A stretch of DNA of 64,000 nucleotides, from positions 229 through 64,228 of IMG/VR virus record IMGVR_UViG_3300042344_000236. One strand, given 5' to 3'. Under the pieces are notes generated by a model. The model had not been told where the DNA came from and did no database searches. It saw nothing but the letters and a program-made list of their open reading frames with translations. Source of the DNA: a virus (taxonomy: Duplodnaviria > Caudoviricetes). The translations under genes were made by a program, and so were the position numbers. Of this stretch, positions 57,701 to 64,000 are shown one piece after another; the stretch's first letter is position 1, and each line of letters begins with the position of its first letter.

Positions 57701-60700
57701 ATATACAAAAAACAGTATCAGAATTACTTGGTCCGTCAATAGCTCCAGAATATTTGAGTGAGAAAAATTTAAATTGGATTGAGCAAGCTTACTATGGAGT
57801 TCTAGGTACATATGCTACGGGGGTTGGTGGGGCTATAGCTGGGGCACCAGCTGGGCCTGTTGGATCTGCCATTGGTATGGGTATAGCATTATATTCTAGC
57901 AACTATGTGGATTTTATGGAAACAGCTGACCAAATAGCTCCAGATATTCCACATTATAAAAAACAATTGCTAGGAGGTTTATATGGAATAACAGCTGGAG
58001 CATTAGATAGAATTGGAATTGGTGCAGTTCTACCATCTCTAGCTAAAAAGAATTTGATTTTTTCTATAATGAAGAATACTATAGATGGTATTCCAAAAAA
58101 TGCATCAAAAGAAGCTATAGAAAAAATAATACAAGGCAATATAAAATATCAAGTAATTCAAGGAGGACTTAGTCTTTCATACGGATCTCTTGGTGAAGGA
58201 TTAACGGGAGCACTTCAAGAGGTAGATAGAAGACTTGTAAATGAAATATTAGACAAGGCTACAGATAATGAATACTTCAACAATGAAGGTGCTAAAGCCA
58301 TAACATATGATGTATTAAAAAATGGCGCATTAGAAGCATTAGGGGGCGGACTTATGGATGTTGCTGTAAACACATCTATTGCAATAAAAGATAAAATTTC
58401 CTTAAAAGCAAGTAATGAAAGGGCAGAGTCAATGGTATCTCTTGCTAGACAAAAAGACTTTTATAGTCAATTATCTACTGCACTTCAAGTAAAAATACAG
58501 AAAAAAGAATTGTCTCTAGAACAAGCAAAAGAGATACAAAAAAACTGGAAAAGATTTTCTGATAAAATAAGTTTGGTTCCAGAAAATTTAAATGCAAAAA
58601 ATACAATTGATGTAGTAAACTTGATGATAGAGAAGGATGTTATTAATCAAGAAATATCAGGAAAGGACCCACTACTTACCTTGCCTCAGCAAGCTAGAAT
58701 AAAAGAGATTAATGAACAAATAAAAACTATAGGAAATGCCGTACAAGAGCCAAGCACAGAGGGCGTACTTCAACGCCAACAGGAAGGAGTTACAGAAACA
58801 GGGGGTGAACGTGGAGGAGTGGAACCAATCGTCCAAGGGCAAGAAGTTACCCAAGAAGGTGAAAAAAATAGACAAGAAGATGAAATAGAAAGAAGAAGGC
58901 AAGAAGTAGAAAGTTATTTTAATGACAATACACGTTCAACAGAGGATACAAAGTATAATCCTGATTTATCTGGTGAAGGAGAATTTGCACTAAGAGAACA
59001 AGAAGAACAATTATTGCAATTAGGAGCAGATAGAATACAGGCACACGGAATATCAAAGGGTTCTATTGGGCAACAGTTAAAAGACCTATTAAATATTTTA
59101 ACAAAAGGATTAGATAAAAGAGGTGGTGGTCAACTTTATACAGCACCATTAGTTATGCCTGAAAATATGAGGGCAGGAGCAGGTGCTGCATTAGGAACAG
59201 GTGGAGGTACAGCATACATAGATGGTGGTTTTATCATATTAGCAAGGGCTGGTGTAAATGAAATAACAAGTATTGATGATATAGGTGGTGTATTGGTAAA
59301 TCAGGCAGTAGCAGACTCTTTGCCAGAATTAGTAAATAAATTAAAACAGTTGTTTCCAAATCTATCAATAGATTCTTATTCTAATTCACCTAATGTTATT
59401 TCTGAAATAAATTCTAAATATGATGCAGAACTAGCTTCTTTAGAAGTTGCCCAAGAAGGTGAAGCCACAGCCGAAACCAAAGCAGAAGAAGTAGAAATTG
59501 ATAAAAATACTATTCAAGAAAACTCAAAACCAGAAGTTGAAAGAGTTAAATCACTTACAAATGATGTTGAAGATGGAGCTACTTTTAATCTAGATGGAAC
59601 TAAATATGAAGGTAAAGGATTAATAGTTCCAGTTGTAAGTAAAAATACAACTGTAGAAGAAGTTACTCCAGAAATGATAGCTGATTTTATTGAAGAGCAT
59701 AAAGATAAAATTGGAGACAATGAAACAGTAAAAGTAGGTATATATAAATTTCCTAATAGTAACAAGGTATCTATAGACCTTAACATACTTGCTCCAGAAT
59801 CATCTAGAGAACAGGCTATAGAATTTGGAAAAAATGCTGATCAGGAATCACTTTTTGACTTAGGTACATTTGAAAATGTTAAGACTGGTGGTACTGGAAA
59901 TAATCCAGTTCAGTTTACAAACGATCAGTTTAAAGAAATATCTAAAGCTTTTTCAGAAGGAAGGTCACCAAATGTTTTTGGTAATAATACTCCTACTCAA
60001 GTTGCCCCAGAAGTAACTATAACTCCAGAGACAAATCAGACAGTATCTGATAGAATTAATAAAGAAACAGACACCAAAAGAAAAAAAGTATTTACAGCCG
60101 TTCAAAAGGTATTATCTGCCATTCCAAATGCAAGGGTAATTTTGCACGACAGTACTGATGCATTTGTTGCTGGTGTTGCCAAGTCTGCTAACATAACAAA
60201 CGATGAGGCTATTGCCCAGGGTGTTCAAGATAACAGAGGTTCATACGTTAATGGTGACATACATATTAACTTAGAAAAAGCAGGTGTATCTACTGTATTT
60301 CACGAAGCATTCCACGATCTTCTAGCTAAGAAAGGAGTGTCTACAGGAGCATTGTTAGACATGGCTAAAGGTCTTAAGTCAGTTATATCTGACAGAGGGT
60401 TGAAGCAAAGACTAGATGAATTTGTATCTAACTACGAGGAAGGAGAAAGAGGTGAGGAGTACACTACTGAACTTGGTGCTATTATGGCCAAGGCCCAGAA
60501 AGAACTATCTACAACTAAGCTTCAACGATTTAAAACACTAGTCAATAAGATAGCCAAAAAGTTAGGTATGCCTGTTGTCTTTTCTGCTGCATCAACTGCA
60601 CAAGATGCTGTTGACTTTATGAACTCAATGGCTGGTAAGCTTGGTAAGGGTGAGCAGATTGAGGTAGGTAATGTATCTAAAGTTATTCCATCTGAAACAG

Positions 60701-63700
60701 ATAAATATGGTAACTTAAAAAAACCTTCAGAATCATCAATAAAAAACATTAAAAATCAAAAACCAAAAATAGTAAATGATGCAAAGTCAAATGTAAAAGA
60801 GGGTAAAACTGTAAGCACTAGACTTCCTAAAAAAGATAATATACATTCTACTAGAGACTACATAGTAAGTATGAAATCTCTAGAAGAAGATGCGTCTAAG
60901 GATAAAAAAATACAGGATCAATATATAAAAATAGCAAAAGAAATATCTTCATACGGTATATCAAAAATAAAAAACGTAGAAAATTTTAATGATGCTAAAA
61001 AAGTAGTAAATGATTTTAAAAATTCTGTAAAGTCTAACTTAAAATGGTTACATAACTCATTTGGTGTTGATGTAAGAGACATATCAAAGTTATGGTATGA
61101 TGGAGCAAATATTATTTGTAATAAAATAGCAAATCAATATAATTATTCCTTAGAACAAGTATCTGGAGTAATGGCTGTACTGAGTCCTCAAATGGATTGG
61201 TTTAGAAATTTATCATTAGGCGAAAGAGTAATAGATATTTATACTAATCAACAGAATTCTATTTTTGATTCTAAAATGATAGATTATGTAAATAATGCTA
61301 CGTCTGGTACTGGTAAAAATAAAGTACCACTATTTAAAGATTCTAAAGAAATAATTTCAAGAGTAAAGAATAAAAAATTATCAGAATTAAACAATAAAGA
61401 CAAAGCATATTTTATCAGAGTATTTGATGAGGTATATAATTCGAGAGAGTATAATAACATATCTCCTAATGGAGAAGTAAATGGATTAGTTAGAAAATCT
61501 GATGGATCTCCTGGAGCTTGTGGATGGGGAGCATTTCCTACAATAGAAAAATCAATATCAATACTTCAAGATGGATCTATTGAAAATATATCTTCTAATC
61601 TTGGTAATATGCATAAGGTTAGAAATTTCTTTAACAATATATCTAATCCAAATGATCCAGATGCAGTTACTATAGATACTCACGCAGTTGCTGCTGGATT
61701 ACTTCTACCATTAAGCGGAAGCTCAAAGCAAGTGCTATATAATTTTGGTGGTGCAGGAAATGTAAATACTGGAATGACTGGAACATATCCAGTATATGCG
61801 GATGCTTATAGAGAACTAGCAAAAGAACTTGGATTGCTTCCGAGAGAAGTTCAAAGTATAACTTGGGAAGCTGTGAGAGGTTTATTTAAAGCTACATTTA
61901 AGTCAAACAAAAATAACGAGTTAAATATAAATAAAGTATGGGATGATTATAGTTCTGGATCTATATCTTTAGATGAAGCTCATACTAAAATAGAAGATAT
62001 TGCTGGAGGAATAAGTAAACCAGTGTGGTTTGAATATATGGCTGATGGAAATAAAATATCAATGGATGAAAATTCAGCAGCTGTAGATCAATCTAATCTT
62101 GATAATGAATCCATAGAACCATCTAAAATCAAGGCCCAGAAAGTACTTCCAGAAAGTGTAGAGAAAAGACTTACTGAAGATGGAAACGGTAACTATGTGT
62201 TCCATCACTACTCAAGCTCAAAGAGAGACTCAATAAAACCAACTACTGGTGACGGTAGCTTTATGGTTTCTAAGGAAGAGGCATCTGCACTAGCTAGTGT
62301 AAATGGTGTTGCACAGTACTACGCAATGGCTGATCAAAAAGAACAGGGAACTGGTAACGTTCAGCATACAGTACTTGTTCCTATGGATGAGGTATACTAC
62401 CTACAAGAAGACAAGTTAAACCTATACGATAAGGCAAAAGAAGAGTTCCAAAAGGCTAGACCAGGACAGGCGTTTAGTCCTAATTATCAAGCTGCATGGA
62501 TTGGAAAGGTAGCCAACGACATGGGATATAAGATGCTTGTTAGCGAGTGGAGAAATGGAGAACTTAGAGCTCAAACAACACTAGAGTTAAAGCCAGAGTC
62601 CAATAATATAGAGATGAAACCTAGAGAAAAGGTGACGTTTAATGTTGGTGACAAGGTAAATGTATTTGGTGAAGATGCTGTTGTGACAGAAGTGAACGGT
62701 GATATCGTATCCTATAAGGGAGACAGATCATCAGGATCTATTAATGTAGTTCGAAGCAAGCAGTCAATCAAAAAGATACCATCAATTAAGGCCCAAAAAG
62801 AAAACACCAGACAAAATGCAATAGATGATGCAAAGGCCAAGTATGATTTGTCTGTAACTAGAAGACGAAACCCACATCAACAAGGTGTAGATGCCGCTCT
62901 AAATGATTTAAGAAAATCAGACTGGTATAAATCATCTGACGATACTCAAAGAGAAAATGCAGAAAGAGAACTAAAGAAGTTCTTCGGAGAAAAATTAAAG
63001 TCTGCTCCATCTGTAGAAAAGGTACTTGGCAAGAAGCCTCAACCTGCTACTTTCTCTGTAAGTGATTTAGGAAAGGCACTAAGAGATCAACTTAAAAATG
63101 CAGCCAAGATTGCTAGAGAGGCTAAAAAAGCGATATATGACTCAAGAAAATCATTAAACGAGTCAGTCAAAGAAGTTCTAAGATCTTACAAAGGAAAGAT
63201 ATCACTAGCACAAGCAAGAGCAATACTTAATAAATCAAATACACTAAACCTGCTTAGTCCAGAAAAAATTAATCAGTTTATTAATTACGTTGAGCGTGTC
63301 GCACAAAATGCAAACTATGCTGAAAAAGTAAACAAAGCAGAACAAACTAAAAGAAGAATAAGAAGAAATTTAAAAAATGCTCAAGCAGAAAATAAAATGC
63401 TTGCTAAAAACTTCTTAAAGATAGACCCTCTTATGGTTGAGGACATTGATGATTATAACTCAATGGCAGATTCTATACTTGGGTCAATAGCTCCATCAAG
63501 AATAGTTAAAGGTAAACCACAACTCAAAACTCCTGTAGAAATAGCATCATTAAATGATAAGATTAATTATATGCTATATAAACAAGAAGAATCAATGAAG
63601 AAATCAATGATGAGTTCTTATAGAGATCTTGTAGATTATGGTGTTATATCTGGAGACATGACGTATGCTCAGATGCAAGACGTAATTAATAAGATAAAAC

Positions 63701-64000
63701 AAGATGAGCTTGTTGAAGGATATAACGAAGACGATGTAAATAACTTGTTAGACTCAATGTTTAACGATAAGGTTATCGAGATATCCGAGATGGGAGCAAC
63801 CGACCCTAACGGAATAATAAGTAGGATACAGAAAGCTAATATAGATGGAATGTCTATAAAAGACAAGGCAAAACTAGTGGAGATGCTTGACAACTTTTTG
63901 GTCAACTTTGCTGTTGGTGGTCTTGATTCAGTCCTTGAGGTAATAGAAGGTAATAACCAGGCTAAATCACTATACGAATCAGGTAAAAAATCAAGACCAA
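54793..64000 (+). CDS. Giant (>3060 aa, 3'-truncated) polyvalent ejection protein
   Basis: ATG 54793, frame reads open to the window end. Gly-rich hydrophobic block 57.8-58.4 kb; HEAFH zincin at 60301; ART-like, HhH-like and SAM-lyase-like segments. Confidence 0.85.
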   Translation, partial: MAEELDTNLPIDETIDQEIVPVFEGINPEIPSVDESSSVEGVIQFKRTDTDTTKPPKWTREFLKKQIIYKPNISSANKIVSGKEFLRKYSNIDFNKIVNDPESVSPEMARDYINLLNPYRTRLAAGWNEYVKNGSSSILDSLYEENPILFQELKKFEITTSSRPKTKPEEQKWVDVTSGVAPRTEYEVKSTDYKDYLPEKGLWAYQVVAQDPYTAWLNEFPEYSNLYTDEDFLYKGVDEIYQRRFGINKREYEQLYGDKLMAKDKLPNDAMTPAEVSEYFRANPNLLKNKTPEQINQIKERLFRGADIKNDVFADVPDYDFWKQVQMGVDPRKLTRKSTFSRRYNEEKNIWEKRIENFKLTSSDEKIADLKTGRLEKIALDKYVYYEPVTDPKEVYALNKRYGKQASTSSKLDIKSDYNGEYYIDGNTGQWKYRERGKKDFVFIDNIKQIKDLNSKYGLNAKTPTKEVLDKQRKEEDLLFKYGVDIDDLLKNAPQHANTTLGFSDVDDENSTLRIDNLGKLNQKLKPYGVRLKYKTADISDATLGLTNILGITDNQLEVTFERNGNVVHKESFVYDSPNLSKDVYNLLKAWNPSKVNAAFDLQMKRPDASINQETWYNYYSRLSDKNKDRFMKLSDTEKELEASSAYYLSPTKEEYEQQKWYEQLASIDDTYFKKPDETKAEILAKSLSPEKTKLEEYAIQGIIPTAIQASKEQEAIKNYVDVVQNWAIEDITSTEPSNNKFFPTDNKTTQLVNNEVKKIGKSGQELELEIKKFQEKFRLFDDYKKESEIVNSRLSQISKDIDQLKSEYNAYESEKQIVQNKLQALNKRYENKEISQSSYSKQFNDIKSNFESNWSFINDEYIQSLSEREKELTSEYNKIKSDFDNKYSDINQEYLDNLSREGSDISTKITINKFENASLNSALNDINRAVSIKNAELFQRGNLITGSVYTALTGFLKGFSLLSDQSSEDIQKTVSELLGPSIAPEYLSEKNLNWIEQAYYGVLGTYATGVGGAIAGAPAGPVGSAIGMGIALYSSNYVDFMETADQIAPDIPHYKKQLLGGLYGITAGALDRIGIGAVLPSLAKKNLIFSIMKNTIDGIPKNASKEAIEKIIQGNIKYQVIQGGLSLSYGSLGEGLTGALQEVDRRLVNEILDKATDNEYFNNEGAKAITYDVLKNGALEALGGGLMDVAVNTSIAIKDKISLKASNERAESMVSLARQKDFYSQLSTALQVKIQKKELSLEQAKEIQKNWKRFSDKISLVPENLNAKNTIDVVNLMIEKDVINQEISGKDPLLTLPQQARIKEINEQIKTIGNAVQEPSTEGVLQRQQEGVTETGGERGGVEPIVQGQEVTQEGEKNRQEDEIERRRQEVESYFNDNTRSTEDTKYNPDLSGEGEFALREQEEQLLQLGADRIQAHGISKGSIGQQLKDLLNILTKGLDKRGGGQLYTAPLVMPENMRAGAGAALGTGGGTAYIDGGFIILARAGVNEITSIDDIGGVLVNQAVADSLPELVNKLKQLFPNLSIDSYSNSPNVISEINSKYDAELASLEVAQEGEATAETKAEEVEIDKNTIQENSKPEVERVKSLTNDVEDGATFNLDGTKYEGKGLIVPVVSKNTTVEEVTPEMIADFIEEHKDKIGDNETVKVGIYKFPNSNKVSIDLNILAPESSREQAIEFGKNADQESLFDLGTFENVKTGGTGNNPVQFTNDQFKEISKAFSEGRSPNVFGNNTPTQVAPEVTITPETNQTVSDRINKETDTKRKKVFTAVQKVLSAIPNARVILHDSTDAFVAGVAKSANITNDEAIAQGVQDNRGSYVNGDIHINLEKAGVSTVFHEAFHDLLAKKGVSTGALLDMAKGLKSVISDRGLKQRLDEFVSNYEEGERGEEYTTELGAIMAKAQKELSTTKLQRFKTLVNKIAKKLGMPVVFSAASTAQDAVDFMNSMAGKLGKGEQIEVGNVSKVIPSETDKYGNLKKPSESSIKNIKNQKPKIVNDAKSNVKEGKTVSTRLPKKDNIHSTRDYIVSMKSLEEDASKDKKIQDQYIKIAKEISSYGISKIKNVENFNDAKKVVNDFKNSVKSNLKWLHNSFGVDVRDISKLWYDGANIICNKIANQYNYSLEQVSGVMAVLSPQMDWFRNLSLGERVIDIYTNQQNSIFDSKMIDYVNNATSGTGKNKVPLFKDSKEIISRVKNKKLSELNNKDKAYFIRVFDEVYNSREYNNISPNGEVNGLVRKSDGSPGACGWGAFPTIEKSISILQDGSIENISSNLGNMHKVRNFFNNISNPNDPDAVTIDTHAVAAGLLLPLSGSSKQVLYNFGGAGNVNTGMTGTYPVYADAYRELAKELGLLPREVQSITWEAVRGLFKATFKSNKNNELNINKVWDDYSSGSISLDEAHTKIEDIAGGISKPVWFEYMADGNKISMDENSAAVDQSNLDNESIEPSKIKAQKVLPESVEKRLTEDGNGNYVFHHYSSSKRDSIKPTTGDGSFMVSKEEASALASVNGVAQYYAMADQKEQGTGNVQHTVLVPMDEVYYLQEDKLNLYDKAKEEFQKARPGQAFSPNYQAAWIGKVANDMGYKMLVSEWRNGELRAQTTLELKPESNNIEMKPREKVTFNVGDKVNVFGEDAVVTEVNGDIVSYKGDRSSGSINVVRSKQSIKKIPSIKAQKENTRQNAIDDAKAKYDLSVTRRRNPHQQGVDAALNDLRKSDWYKSSDDTQRENAERELKKFFGEKLKSAPSVEKVLGKKPQPATFSVSDLGKALRDQLKNAAKIAREAKKAIYDSRKSLNESVKEVLRSYKGKISLAQARAILNKSNTLNLLSPEKINQFINYVERVAQNANYAEKVNKAEQTKRRIRRNLKNAQAENKMLAKNFLKIDPLMVEDIDDYNSMADSILGSIAPSRIVKGKPQLKTPVEIASLNDKINYMLYKQEESMKKSMMSSYRDLVDYGVISGDMTYAQMQDVINKIKQDELVEGYNEDDVNNLLDSMFNDKVIEISEMGATDPNGIISRIQKANIDGMSIKDKAKLVEMLDNFLVNFAVGGLDSVLEVIEGNNQAKSLYESGKKSRP

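Noticed and set aside
54793-64000. Virion RNA polymerase
   Set aside because: No DxDxD catalytic motif noticed in the visible part; the portion outside the window cannot be judged

Overview
The window is most of the genome of a lytic, podovirus-type phage with a crAss-like virion module. The host is almost certainly a Bacteroidota bacterium: TAnnTTTG promoters, A-rich leaders without Shine-Dalgarno, a DUF3127 SSB and a BACON domain all point there. The left arm (2.7-18.7 kb, minus strand) holds many small early genes, exonuclease, SSB, primase-helicase, SF2 helicase, VRR-NUC, a metallophosphoesterase and tRNA-Arg(UCU). A ~1.2 kb non-coding divergence region (18.7-19.9 kb) carries a structured leader, boxA, a tRNA-like mini-element and repeat arrays. 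The right arm (plus strand) holds basic proteins, GroEL/GroES, tail fibre, lysis genes, TerL, portal, scaffold, major capsid, ring/nozzle proteins and ejection proteins. It ends in a >3000-aa polyvalent ORF that is missing from the ORF track (54793 to the window end). Top candidate for a new system: a tail protein made of Cys-rich modules joined by mucin-like poly-Thr linkers, translationally coupled to a glycosyltransferase resembling plant/algal peptidyl O-glycosyltransferases (SRGT1/HPAT), which suggests phage-encoded mucin-type virion glycosylation. Second candidate: repeat-bounded enzyme cassettes inside the giant ejected protein. All family assignments come from motif recognition by eye; no searches were run.
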